Below, one piece after another: positions 1 through 8,750 of a stretch of DNA of 33,679 nt. Position numbers and translations under genes: made by a program. The stretch is taken from positions 1-33,679 of the forward strand of contig JAKFVZ010000270.1 of assembly GCA_021732965.1 (NCBI GenBank), in the 5' to 3' direction. How positions within the stretch are numbered: position 1 is the first letter of the stretch; each line of letters begins with the position of its first letter. Origin of the DNA: Reyranella sp. (GTDB taxonomy: Bacteria > Pseudomonadota > Alphaproteobacteria > Reyranellales > Reyranellaceae). The notes below the pieces were generated by a model that saw nothing but the letters and a program-made list of their open reading frames with translations, was not told where the DNA came from and ran no database searches.

Positions 1-190
1 GCTCATCGCGGCGCTGGCCGCCTCGACCTTCAAGGCCGAGCTGATGCCCTACGGGCCGACGAAGTTCGTCAACGGACAGAACGAGGGGGGCCGACCGGCG
101 ACCATGCAGTCGCTCAAGGGCGAGATCGAGGTGATTGCGCCCGAGGCGTTCGCCTCAGCCAAGGCGGTGTTCCCCAAGCCGAAGCTCTAA
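1..190 (+). CDS. C-terminal fragment of a Liv-type ABC transporter substrate-binding protein (5' truncated by window edge)
   Basis: Frame 2 reads LIAALAASTFKAELMPYGPTKFVNGQNEGGRPATMQSLKGEIEVIAPEAFASAKAVFPKPKL, with TAA at 188-190. It lies directly upstream of LivH/M/G/F-type genes and is not in the ORF track. Confidence 0.75.
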   Translation, partial: LIAALAASTFKAELMPYGPTKFVNGQNEGGRPATMQSLKGEIEVIAPEAFASAKAVFPKPKL

Positions 191-235
191 GGGCTTCCGG
201 GTGACATCGAATCGTGTCGGACTCCCCAACAAAGA

Positions 236-341
236 CCTCACCCTGAGGAGCGAACGCAGTGAGCGTCTCGAAGGGTGGGCACGAGCACCGCGTCTGCTGC
301 CCATCCTTCGAGACGGCCCTTCGGGCCTCCTCAGGATGAGG
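236..341. repeat. REP-doublet-like palindromic element, copy 1
   Basis: Outer arms CCTCACCCTGAGGAG / CTCCTCAGGATGAGG, inner arms CGTCTCGAAGGGTGGGCA / TGCCCATCCTTCGAGACG, side hairpin GGCCC-TTC-GGGCC. Closely related copies at 17450 and 23893. Confidence 0.9.
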
Positions 342-360
342 GGTACGGGACGCTGAAGGC

Positions 361-1233
361 GTGTTCGATCCCGCCTTTCTCTTTGCGGGCGTCCTGAACG
401 GCCTTCTGGCCGGCGGAATCTACGTTCTCGTCGCCGTCGGGCTCACGCTGATCTACGGCGTCCTGCACATCATCAACTTCGCGCATGGCAGCCTGCTGAT
501 GCTGGCCATGTACGCCGTCTTCTATCTCTGGCGGCTGATCGGCATCGATCCCTACGCCGCCCTGCCGGTGGTGATCGCCGGCGCCTTCGGCTTCGGGTTC
601 GTGCTCTACCGGCTGCTGATCGGCCGCTACAATCACGGGCGCGATGAGAACATCCTGCTGATCACGCTGGGCCTCTCCATCGTGATCGACAATGTCGCGC
701 TGCTGTTCTTCGGCGGCGACACGCAGACCATTGACGTGCCCTATGCCGGCACCTTCGTCGAGATCGGCGCCGCCTTCCTGCCGCTGCCCAAGATCATCTC
801 GTTCGCCGCCTCGCTGGTGATCTGCGCCGCGCTCGGCCTCTACATGGCGAAGAGCGACATGGGCAAGGCGATCCGCGCCGTCGCCAAGGAACGGCAGGGC
901 GCGCGGCTGGTCGGCATCGACGTCGAGAACGTCTTCGCCGTGTCCTACGGCATCGGCATCGCCTGCCTCGGCGCCGCGGCGTGCCTGCTGATGCCGACCT
1001 ACTACGTGACGCCGTCGTCGGGCCACGCCTTCGTCCTCGTGGCCTTCACCATCGTCGTGCTGGGTGGCATGGGCAGCTTCGCGGGCGCGGCAGTCGGCGG
1101 GTTCATCATCGGCATCACCGAATCGCTCGGCGGCCTGTTCCTGGGCGAGCAGCTCGGCCAGATCGGCATCTCGCTGATCTTCATCCTGATCCTGCTGCTG
1201 AAACCCACCGGCCTGTTCGGGAGCAAGGCGTGA
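361..1233 (+). CDS. Branched-chain amino acid-type ABC transporter permease (LivH-like)
   Basis: GLTLIYGVLHIINFAHG, GKAIRAV and VVLGGMGS motifs; hydrophobic; GTG start. Confidence 0.92.
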   Translation: MFDPAFLFAGVLNGLLAGGIYVLVAVGLTLIYGVLHIINFAHGSLLMLAMYAVFYLWRLIGIDPYAALPVVIAGAFGFGFVLYRLLIGRYNHGRDENILLITLGLSIVIDNVALLFFGGDTQTIDVPYAGTFVEIGAAFLPLPKIISFAASLVICAALGLYMAKSDMGKAIRAVAKERQGARLVGIDVENVFAVSYGIGIACLGAAACLLMPTYYVTPSSGHAFVLVAFTIVVLGGMGSFAGAAVGGFIIGITESLGGLFLGEQLGQIGISLIFILILLLKPTGLFGSKA

Positions 1234-2192
1234 ACCGCGCCGCCCTGCTCTGCGCGCTGGGTCTGCTGGCCGCGCTGGCTTACCCGCTGCTGGTACCGAA
1301 CTATCTCGTCACGATCGGCATGCTGGTCTTCTTCACCGCCTTCATCGGGCAGTCCTGGAACATCGCCGGCGGCTTCGCGGGCCAGACCTCGTTCGGCCAT
1401 GTCGTGTTCTTCGGGACCGGTGCCTACACATCGACCATCCTGCAAGTGACCTGGGGCTGGAACCCCTGGCTCGCTTGGCCGGCCGCCATGGCGGCCGGCG
1501 GCGCGGTGGGCTGGATGATCGCCGTGCTGTCCTTCCGGGCCGGTTTGCGCGGCTCCTATTTCGCGCTGATCACGCTGGCCTTCGCCGAGGTCTTCCGCAT
1601 CCTCGCCAATTCGGTGCCCTTCACCAAGGGCGGGCTCGGCATGCTGCTCAAGTCCGACCCGCGGCCGATCAACTTCCAGTTCAAGGACCCGATCTGGGTC
1701 TATTACCTCGCGCTTCTGCTCTGCGTCGTCTCGCTGCTGATCGCCTGGCATCTGACGCGCAGCCGTTTCGGCGCGCGGCTCGTGGCGATCCGCGAGAACG
1801 AGGATGCGGCGCGGGCGCTGGGCATCGACGTCTTCGCCGAGAAGGTGAAGGTACTCACTCTGTCGGGCGCGATGTGCGCGGCCGGCGGCACCTTCTATGC
1901 GCAGAAGTACCTCTACATCGATCCCGGCATCGCCTTCGGCGTCGACAAGTCGGTCGAGATGCTGCTGGTCAGCATGGTCGGTGGCGCGGGCACGATCTTC
2001 GGGCCGCTGATCGGCTCGTTCACGCTGATGGGCATCAACGAAGTGACGCGCTGGCTGGCCAGCGTCGTACCGGCCCTCAAGAACGTCCAGCCGCTCAGCC
2101 TGATCGTCTATGGCATCATGCTGATCCTGATCGTGGCGCGGCTGCCCGACGGGCTGATGAGCCTGTTCCGCAGGAAGCGGCGCCATGCTTGA
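1230..2192 (+). CDS. Branched-chain amino acid-type ABC transporter permease (LivM-like)
   Basis: GQTSFGH, YFALITLAFAE, AIRENEDAA and VGGAGTIFGP motifs. Start placed at GTG 1230, overlapping the upstream stop (GTGA), rather than at 981. Confidence 0.92.
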   Translation: MNRAALLCALGLLAALAYPLLVPNYLVTIGMLVFFTAFIGQSWNIAGGFAGQTSFGHVVFFGTGAYTSTILQVTWGWNPWLAWPAAMAAGGAVGWMIAVLSFRAGLRGSYFALITLAFAEVFRILANSVPFTKGGLGMLLKSDPRPINFQFKDPIWVYYLALLLCVVSLLIAWHLTRSRFGARLVAIRENEDAARALGIDVFAEKVKVLTLSGAMCAAGGTFYAQKYLYIDPGIAFGVDKSVEMLLVSMVGGAGTIFGPLIGSFTLMGINEVTRWLASVVPALKNVQPLSLIVYGIMLILIVARLPDGLMSLFRRKRRHA

Positions 2193-2913
2193 GGTGCGCG
2201 AGGTCTCCAAGAGTTTCGGCGGCCTCAAGGCCGTGGACCGCGCTTCGCTCGACGTGGCGCCGGGCGAGATCGTGGGACTGATCGGGCCCAACGGTGCGGG
2301 CAAGACGACCCTGTTCGCGACCATCGCGGGCTTCCACCGACCCGATGCCGGCACGGTTACCTTCGAGGGCAAGCCGATCACCGGCCTGGCGCCGCATCGC
2401 ATCTGCGCCGCGGGCATGGTCCGCACCTTTCAGATCACGCAGCCTTTCGCGGGCATCAGCGTGCGCGAGAACATCATGGTCGGCGCCTATCTCCACACCG
2501 CCGACCGCCACCTCGCCGCGCGCGAGGCCGAGGCGGTGGCAGGCCTGGTCGGGATGAAGGACCAGCTCGACCAGCGCGGCGCCGACCTCACCGTCGCCGG
2601 CCGCAAGCGACTCGAACTGGCGCGCGCCCTCGCTACGGGACCGCGGCTGCTCCTGCTCGACGAGGTGATGGCCGGCCTCAATCCGACGGAGATCGTCGAG
2701 ATCGTCGGCGTCATCCGGAACATCCGCGCCTCCGGTGTCACCATCCTGCTGATCGAGCACGTCATGCAGGCCGTGACCTCGCTTGCCGAGCGCGTCTATG
2801 TGCTGAACCAGGGCCGCATGATTGCCGAGGGGACGCCGGCCGCCATCGCCGACAACGAGGAAGTCATCGAAGCCTATCTCGGCCGCGGCGCCGCGAAGGT
2901 GCTCCGTGCTTGA
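2185..2913 (+). CDS. ABC transporter ATP-binding protein (LivG-like)
   Basis: Walker A GPNGAGKTT, RTFQ, Walker B LLLLDE, IEH switch, C-terminal AYLG. Confidence 0.93.
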   Translation: MLEVREVSKSFGGLKAVDRASLDVAPGEIVGLIGPNGAGKTTLFATIAGFHRPDAGTVTFEGKPITGLAPHRICAAGMVRTFQITQPFAGISVRENIMVGAYLHTADRHLAAREAEAVAGLVGMKDQLDQRGADLTVAGRKRLELARALATGPRLLLLDEVMAGLNPTEIVEIVGVIRNIRASGVTILLIEHVMQAVTSLAERVYVLNQGRMIAEGTPAAIADNEEVIEAYLGRGAAKVLRA

Positions 2914-3607
2914 AGTCGCATCCCTGCGCGCGGGCTACGGCGCCATCGAAGTGCTGCGCGGCATCGACCTCGCGGTCGGCGCGGGCGAAATCGTGGCCCT
3001 GCTGGGCAGCAACGGCGCGGGCAAGTCGACGCTCAACAACAATGTCTCCGGCCTCTACCGGCCGCGCGGCGGCTCGATTCGCTTCGATGGCAGCGAGATC
3101 ATGGGCGCCTCGTCCATGCACATCGTCGAGGCGGGCCTGGTGCAGGTGCCGGAAGGCCGCCGTGTCTTTCCCAACCTGTCGGTGCGCGACAATCTCGAAC
3201 TTGGCAGCTATCGCCGCGGCAAGCCCAACCGCACCGCCAACCTGGAGCGCGTCCTGGAGACCTTCCCGCGCCTGCGCGAGCGGCTTTCGCAATCGGCCGG
3301 CACGCTGTCGGGCGGTGAGCAGCAGATGCTGGCGATCGGCCGCGGGCTGATGAGCGAGCCGCGGTTGCTGATCCTCGACGAGCCCTCGCTCGGCCTGTCG
3401 CCGCTGCTGGTCGAAGAGATGTTCGGCCTGATCGGCCGCCTCAACCGGCAGGGGCTCGCGATCCTGCTGGTCGAGCAGAACGTCGTGCAATCACTCGCCA
3501 TCGCGCACCGCGCCTATGTGCTGGAGAACGGCCGCATCGCGCTGTCAGGCAGCGCCGCCGACCTCGCCCGCGATCCCGACCTGCGGCGCAGCTACCTCGG
3601 TCACTGA
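2906..3607 (+). CDS. ABC transporter ATP-binding protein (LivF-like)
   Basis: GSNGAGKST, VPEGRRVF, LSGGEQQML, LDEPSLGL and VEQN motifs; GTG start at 2906. Confidence 0.93.
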   Translation: MLEVASLRAGYGAIEVLRGIDLAVGAGEIVALLGSNGAGKSTLNNNVSGLYRPRGGSIRFDGSEIMGASSMHIVEAGLVQVPEGRRVFPNLSVRDNLELGSYRRGKPNRTANLERVLETFPRLRERLSQSAGTLSGGEQQMLAIGRGLMSEPRLLILDEPSLGLSPLLVEEMFGLIGRLNRQGLAILLVEQNVVQSLAIAHRAYVLENGRIALSGSAADLARDPDLRRSYLGH

Positions 3608-3611
3608 CCGA

Positions 3612-4766
3612 TCAGGCGGCCTCGCCGGCCACCCACCCGCTCGACCAGGCCCACTGGAAATTGTAGCCGCCCAGCCAGCCGGTGACGTCGACCGCCTCGC
3701 CGATCGCGTAGAGACCGGGGACCTTCTTTGCTTCCATCGTCTTCGAGGAGAGTCCGTCGGTGTCGATGCCGCCCAGCGTGACTTCGGCCTTGGCGTAGCC
3801 CTCGGTGCCGGTCGGCACGACCGTCCAGAGCTTGATCCTGTTCGCAAGCGTTTCGAGATCGCGGTCGCGCTGGCCCGCCATGGTGCCTTCGGTCGCCAGA
3901 CTTTGCGCCAGTCGCTGCGGCAGGATTTCTGCCAGGATCGTACGCAGCTCGGCCTTGGGGCGCGTGCGCTTGCGCTCCTTGAGGAACGATGCGGCATCGA
4001 GATCGGGCAGCAGGTCGACGGTGATTTCCTGTCCCGGCTTCCAGTAGGACGAAACCTGCAGGATCGCCGGGCCCGACAGGCCGCGATGGGTGAACAGCAG
4101 CGCCTCGCGGAAGCGCGCCCGACCGCAGCGCGCCTCGACCTCGAGCGACACGCCGCTGATCTCCGGGACGGGCAGCGTGAGCGGCACCAGCGCCGGGCGC
4201 GTTTCGGTAACGCGCAACCTGAACTGGCGAGCCACCTCGTGGGCGAGGCCGGTCGCGCCCATCTTCGGGATCGAGAGACCACCCGTCGCCAGCACGACGG
4301 AGGCGGCGAAGAAATCGCCATGGTCCGTCGCGACGGTGAAGCGATCGGACTTCTCCACGCGCGTGACCTTGTGCGCGACCCGCACGTCGACGCCCACGGC
4401 GGCACATTCGTCGAGCAGCATCGCCACGATCTGCCGCGCCGAGCCGTCGCAGAAGAGCTGGCCCAGCGTCTTCTCGTGCCAGGCAATCTTGTGCCTGTTC
4501 ACCAGCTCGATGAAGTCGTGCTGGGTGTAGCGCGCCAGCGCCGACTTGGCGAAATGCGGATTGGCCGAGAGGAACGCCTCCGGCCGTGCGTCGAGATTGG
4601 TGAAGTTGCAGCGCCCGCCACCCGAGATCAGGATCTTCTTGCCGACCTTCTCGGCATGATCGAGCAGCAGGACTTTTCGCCCGCGGTGGCCGGCGCGCAT
4701 CGCGCACATCAGCCCCGCGGCGCCGCCGCCCAGGACGACGACGTCGAAGGTGTTCGGCTGGCTCAC
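3612..4766 (-). CDS. BaiN/HI0933/YhiN-family NAD(P)/FAD-dependent oxidoreductase
   Basis: GGGAAG dinucleotide motif, GKKILISGGGRCNFTN, LATGGLSIP, LFTHRGLSGPAILQ and GEAVDVTGWLGGYNFQWAWSSG family motifs. Confidence 0.92.
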   Translation of the reverse strand: MSQPNTFDVVVLGGGAAGLMCAMRAGHRGRKVLLLDHAEKVGKKILISGGGRCNFTNLDARPEAFLSANPHFAKSALARYTQHDFIELVNRHKIAWHEKTLGQLFCDGSARQIVAMLLDECAAVGVDVRVAHKVTRVEKSDRFTVATDHGDFFAASVVLATGGLSIPKMGATGLAHEVARQFRLRVTETRPALVPLTLPVPEISGVSLEVEARCGRARFREALLFTHRGLSGPAILQVSSYWKPGQEITVDLLPDLDAASFLKERKRTRPKAELRTILAEILPQRLAQSLATEGTMAGQRDRDLETLANRIKLWTVVPTGTEGYAKAEVTLGGIDTDGLSSKTMEAKKVPGLYAIGEAVDVTGWLGGYNFQWAWSSGWVAGEAA

Positions 4767-5140
4767 GCCAGCGCCTTGCCCATGATCCAGAGCGCGGCGG
4801 CGAGGCCCGCGATGGCGCCGGCGACCGAGCCGCCGACATACAGCGCCGCCATCAGGTATTCATGGCGCTCCCACAGCAGCACGGCATCGAGCGAGAAGGC
4901 GGAGAAGGTCGTGAAGCCACCCATGATCCCGGTGGCGAGGAACAGCCGGTAGTGGGCGGCCGCGCCCATGCGCTCGGCGAACCAGCCCGTGATCAGGCCC
5001 ATCACGATCGAGCCCAGGATGTTGATCACCAGCGTGTGCCAGGGAAAGTGCGAACCCAGCAGCCTCGCCACCCAGATGTTCATCCCGTGGCGCGCCGCGC
5101 CACCGATGCCCGCGCCCACGAAGACGATCAAATAGCTCAT
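4763..5140 (-). CDS. crcB: Fluoride efflux channel Fluc/CrcB
   Basis: 125 aa, four hydrophobic segments, GGAARH, FPWHTLVINILGS and GGFTTFSAF motifs. Confidence 0.93.
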   Translation of the reverse strand: MSYLIVFVGAGIGGAARHGMNIWVARLLGSHFPWHTLVINILGSIVMGLITGWFAERMGAAAHYRLFLATGIMGGFTTFSAFSLDAVLLWERHEYLMAALYVGGSVAGAIAGLAAALWIMGKALA

Positions 5141-6156
5141 CAGCGCCTGCCTCCGAACTTCGTCTTCCAGTCCGGCACGGCGCCGGGAAACGGCAGCGCC
5201 GTCGCCTCGTAGACTCCGCGCGCCACCGCCCGCGCCAGACAGTCGGCCGCGATCGTGCCCAGCTCCGTCAGGACCGGCGGGTCGCCGCCACGGCCTGCCT
5301 TGCCGGTCGCGGCGGCAAACACCGTGTCGCCGTCGTTGGGCGCGTGAACCGGACGCAGCGACTTCGACAGCCCGTCATTGGCCATGATGGCGAGACGCTT
5401 GCACTCCGCCTTGGTGAGCGTCGCATCCGTCGCAACGAGCGCGATGGTGGTCGCCGTCACCGGCAGCGGCTGGCCCTTGAAGCGCATCCTGAGCGCGTCT
5501 TCGGGCAACTTCGCCGGCCAGCCCAGTCCACCGAACTCGTCGCCCTGCTCGTAGGCGCCGGCCCAGAAATGCGGGCCGCTGCCGATCGTCGCCGCACCCA
5601 CCGCATTCACCGCGACGAGTGCGCCGACGGTGAAGCCCTGGCTTGTCCTCGCGCTGGTCGAGCCCAGCCCGCCCTTCAGGCCGGCCGTCGTCGCGCCGAC
5701 GCCCGCGCCCGCGGTGCCCAGCGCGAATTCGTGCGATGCCACCAGCGCCGCATCGCGGCCGAGATCCCAGTAGGGCGGCTTGTGTTTCACCGGCTCGCGC
5801 ATCCAGTCCTTTTCGCCACCGTTGATCAGGTCGAACAGGATCGCCTGCACCGCGACCGGAATGGCGAGGCCGCCGAAGGTCCGCCCCTGGCCACGCTGGC
5901 AGAGAACCGCCGAGGCGCCGCCCGCGGCGTCGAGCCCGTAGACGGAACCGCCCGACAGAACGACGGCATCGATCGCCTGCCCCACCGCCTCGGGTTCGAG
6001 CGAGGTGGCCATGCGGTCGCCCGGCGCGCCGCCCAGGGTCGAGATGCTGGCGATTGCGCCTTGCTCGAAGATCGCGACGGTGGCGCCCGTGGCCGCACGC
6101 ATGTCCTGGGCGTTGCCGACGAGAACGCCGGGGACGTCGGTGATGAGGTTCCTCAT
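5140..6156 (-). CDS. P1/S58-family peptidase (DmpA/NylC-like Ntn hydrolase)
   Basis: NLITDVPGVLVG, GGAPG, LSGGSVYGL, KGGLGS, VNAVG, TTIALVATD and HAPNDGDTVF motifs. Confidence 0.88.
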   Translation of the reverse strand: MRNLITDVPGVLVGNAQDMRAATGATVAIFEQGAIASISTLGGAPGDRMATSLEPEAVGQAIDAVVLSGGSVYGLDAAGGASAVLCQRGQGRTFGGLAIPVAVQAILFDLINGGEKDWMREPVKHKPPYWDLGRDAALVASHEFALGTAGAGVGATTAGLKGGLGSTSARTSQGFTVGALVAVNAVGAATIGSGPHFWAGAYEQGDEFGGLGWPAKLPEDALRMRFKGQPLPVTATTIALVATDATLTKAECKRLAIMANDGLSKSLRPVHAPNDGDTVFAAATGKAGRGGDPPVLTELGTIAADCLARAVARGVYEATALPFPGAVPDWKTKFGGRR

Positions 6157-6905
6157 GTCAGGAATTCGCCGCCGTTCACGTGGATCGTCTGACCGGTGAT
6201 GAAGGTGCCGTCCGGTCCGACCAGCAGCCGTACCATCGCCGCGATCTCCTCGACCGTGCCGAAGCGCTTGAGCGGAATGGGCCGGTTCACGCGATTGGGC
6301 GGCGCCGCGCCGGCGGCCGCCCCACGCGTCGTGTCGATGGCGCCCGGTGCCAGCGCGTTGCAGGTGATGCCGTGCGGCGCCAGCTCGACCGCGAGCGCCC
6401 GCATCAGCCCTTCAAGGCCCGATTTGGAAGCCGAGACGTGACAGCGATTGGGCGTGCCGACATGCGTCGAGATGCCCGACAGCGCCACGAAGGCGCCGCC
6501 GCCGCGCGCCACCATCTGCGGCACGATCGCCTTGCCCAGCAGGAAGGCGCCGTCGAGCGCGACCGACATGATCTCGCGCCATTCGTCGAACGACATGTCG
6601 AGGAAGGAAGTCTGGCGGCGCAGGCCGGCATTGCTGACGAGGATGTCGACGCCACCGAACTTTGCGGCAGCCTCCGCGGCGAGACGCGGCGGCACCGCCG
6701 GATCGGAGACATCGCCCATCGCGGCCATCGCCTTGCCGCCGGCCGCCTCGATCTCCGCCACGACGGCATCGACCGCCGCCTTGTCCGACCGGCCGTTGAC
6801 CACGATCGCCGCGCCGTCGCGCGCAAGGGTCAGCGCGATCGTGCGGCCAATATTCTTGCCCGCGCCCGTCACCAGCGCGACTTTGCCTTGCAGGGGTAAT
6901 GACAT
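6153..6905 (-). CDS. Short-chain dehydrogenase/reductase (FabG-like)
   Basis: TGAGKNIG, SNAG and ITGQTIHVNGG motifs. The catalytic YxxxK reads VSASK (atypical). Confidence 0.9.
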   Translation of the reverse strand: MSLPLQGKVALVTGAGKNIGRTIALTLARDGAAIVVNGRSDKAAVDAVVAEIEAAGGKAMAAMGDVSDPAVPPRLAAEAAAKFGGVDILVSNAGLRRQTSFLDMSFDEWREIMSVALDGAFLLGKAIVPQMVARGGGAFVALSGISTHVGTPNRCHVSASKSGLEGLMRALAVELAPHGITCNALAPGAIDTTRGAAAGAAPPNRVNRPIPLKRFGTVEEIAAMVRLLVGPDGTFITGQTIHVNGGEFLT

Positions 6906-6906
6906 G

Positions 6907-6948
6907 CGATCTCCGCCCAGGGTCCGGCGGGGACCCTAGCGGAGATCG
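6907..6948 (-). promoter_or_regulatory. Strong hairpin covering the SDR ribosome-binding site, overlapping a candidate sigma70 promoter
   Basis: Minus strand reads CGATCTCCGC-T-AGGGTCC-CCGCC-GGACCCT-GG-GCGGAGATCG-C-ATG (10 + 7 bp stems). Candidate TTAAGT-N17-TAGGGT promoter at 6961-6933. Confidence 0.55.
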
Positions 6949-6969
6949 TCCGCGAACTTAAGCGTTGCG

Positions 6970-7401
6970 CTAGCCGGCGACGATGTAGGCCTTGAGTGCT
7001 TCGGTCTCGTACCGGGCCTCTTCGAGCCGCGCCTTCACCACGTCGCCGATCGAGACGAGGCCCAGCAGTTCACCGTGGCGCACCACCGGCAGATGACGGA
7101 AGCGTCCGCGCGTCATCTGCTCCATCACATGGTCGATGGAGTCGTCGGGATCGCAGGTGACGACATCGCGCGTCATGATGCTGCGCGCCTCGAACTCCAG
7201 CGCGGCCGCGCCATGGCTGGCGAAGGCGCGCACGAGGTCGCGTTCCGAGACGATGCCCACCACCGAGTTCTCGCCATCGAGCACCAGCACCGACCCGATG
7301 CGACGCGTGCTCAGTTGCTGGGAAATCTGGGCGACCGAGGTGCCCGGAGAGATCGTGAAAACGAGACCGCCCTTACGCGACAGGATATCGGAGACGAACA
7401 T
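6970..7401 (-). CDS. Stand-alone CBS-pair protein
   Basis: GIVSERDL, MTRDVVTC, RFRHLPVV and GLVSIGDVVK motifs. Start at ATG 7401 after a GAGGGG RBS. Confidence 0.9.
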   Translation of the reverse strand: MFVSDILSRKGGLVFTISPGTSVAQISQQLSTRRIGSVLVLDGENSVVGIVSERDLVRAFASHGAAALEFEARSIMTRDVVTCDPDDSIDHVMEQMTRGRFRHLPVVRHGELLGLVSIGDVVKARLEEARYETEALKAYIVAG

Positions 7402-7484
7402 GGGTTCCCCCCTCGCTGTGGTCATAGGTCTGGTAAACGCCAACACTGTAGCGCGGAGCGAGGTTGCGGGCGATAAAGCCCCTC

Positions 7485-8198
7485 ATGAACGATGCTCGAT
7501 CGGCCCTCGTCCTCTTCTCCGGTGGACAGGATTCCACCACGTGTCTGGCCTGGGCGCTAGAGCGATTTGCGCATGTCGAGACGGTCGCTTTTGATTACCG
7601 CCAGCGGCACCGGATCGAGCTGGATCAACGGCTGGTGGTCCTGGACGAGGTCCGACGTCAATTTCCGCAATGGGCGGACCGGCTGGGCGAAGACCATTTC
7701 ATCGACATGGGCGTGCTGGGACAAATCAGTGACACGTCCCTGACGCGCGACGTGGCCTTCGCCATGGAGAAGGACGGCCTGCCCAACAGCTTCGTGCCCG
7801 GCCGCAACCTGCTGTTCTTCACCTTCGCCGCGGCCGTCGCGTGGCGGCGGAACATCCGCAACCTGGTGGGCGGCATGTGCGAGACGGATTTCTCGGGCTA
7901 TCCGGACTGCCGCGACAACACGATCAAAGCGCTGCAGGTCACGCTCAACCTCGGCATGGATCGCGCCTTCGTGCTGCACACGCCGCTGATGTGGCTCGAC
8001 AAGGCCGAGACCTGGGGACTGGCGAACGAGCTGGGCGGCAATCCACTCGTCGAGCTGGTCCTGGAGCACACCCACACCTGCTACGACAGCGTGCGCGGTC
8101 CGCGGAACGACTGGGGGTACGGCTGCGGCGAATGCCCCGCCTGCGCACTTCGCAAGCGGGGTTTCGTGGCCTGGCGCGAGGGAAGATCCTCGCTCTGA
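7485..8198 (+). CDS. queC: 7-cyano-7-deazaguanine (preQ0) synthase
   Basis: PP-loop [27 protein letters not shown], and Zn ligands THTCY...CGECPAC. Confidence 0.95.
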   Translation: MNDARSALVLFSGGQDSTTCLAWALERFAHVETVAFDYRQRHRIELDQRLVVLDEVRRQFPQWADRLGEDHFIDMGVLGQISDTSLTRDVAFAMEKDGLPNSFVPGRNLLFFTFAAAVAWRRNIRNLVGGMCETDFSGYPDCRDNTIKALQVTLNLGMDRAFVLHTPLMWLDKAETWGLANELGGNPLVELVLEHTHTCYDSVRGPRNDWGYGCGECPACALRKRGFVAWREGRSSL

Positions 8199-8204
8199 GC
8201 GAGC

Positions 8205-8723
8205 TTAGCGGCCGCCCGCGAGCTGACGGGCGCCGGTCAGGTTCTGCTGGATCTTCGGAAGCTGGCCCTGGGCATAGCGGCGCAGCGCACCATTGCCGCC
8301 GTCTTGAGAATAGGCGCCATACTGGGCGTTGGCGTCGATGTGCGCCGCGAGCTGGGCGTTGGCGTAGGCAGTGTCGAACTCGACACCTTCCAGCACGTTC
8401 AGCCGCTGCAGGGTCGCGGTCCAGCCCGGCGCGTTGCGCGGATCGGGCGCGTACGAGACGCCGGCTTCCTGGCGCGACTTGCTGAGGTACTGCGCGGCCT
8501 CCGTCTGGTCGGCGACCATGCGGGCCGCGAAGCCGCGAACGTTCTCGTTCGTCGACTTGGCGAGCGCGAGGCGGCCCGAGGCGATCTCGAAGTCGTTGAA
8601 TTCCTGGGCGAAGCCCACGAAACGGGCGTCGGGTAGCGCGTTGACGGCGAGCGCGGCGCCGGCCGGAAGAACCGACAGGGCGGCAACGCCGAACAGGACG
8701 GAACGGCGGGCGATGGACTGCAT
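8205..8723 (-). CDS. Exported DUF4142-family (ferritin-like) protein
   Basis: N-terminal ARRSVL plus hydrophobic signal; FEIASGRLALAKS..VRGFAARMV, FDTAYANAQLAAH and LRRYA...LPKI patterns. Confidence 0.78.
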   Translation of the reverse strand: MQSIARRSVLFGVAALSVLPAGAALAVNALPDARFVGFAQEFNDFEIASGRLALAKSTNENVRGFAARMVADQTEAAQYLSKSRQEAGVSYAPDPRNAPGWTATLQRLNVLEGVEFDTAYANAQLAAHIDANAQYGAYSQDGGNGALRRYAQGQLPKIQQNLTGARQLAGGR

Positions 8724-8750
8724 GAATTACTCCTGGATTGTGTGCTCTTG

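Noticed and set aside
236-341. Possible CRISPR, tRNA or IS interpretation of the palindromes
   Set aside because: Copies are kilobases apart with no spacer array, cas genes, tRNA conserved loops, transposase or evident target-site duplication.
135-356. Small ORFs through the REP doublets (also 17372-17614, 17491-17847, 23750-23998) sharing LEGWA/ILRD peptides
   Set aside because: The similarity is just translation of the repeat; no RBS or coding-type codon usage.
7402-7484. preQ1 riboswitch upstream of queC or the VUT gene (8724-8817)
   Set aside because: No preQ1-like stem-loop with an A-rich tail is recognisable by eye; an Rfam scan would be needed to exclude it fully.
7485-8198. queC as part of a defence or DNA-modification system (QatC, Dpd, CBASS type IV)
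   Set aside because: The protein has canonical housekeeping QueC length and motifs, and no dpdA/TGT, TatD, ATPase or cyclase gene is nearby.
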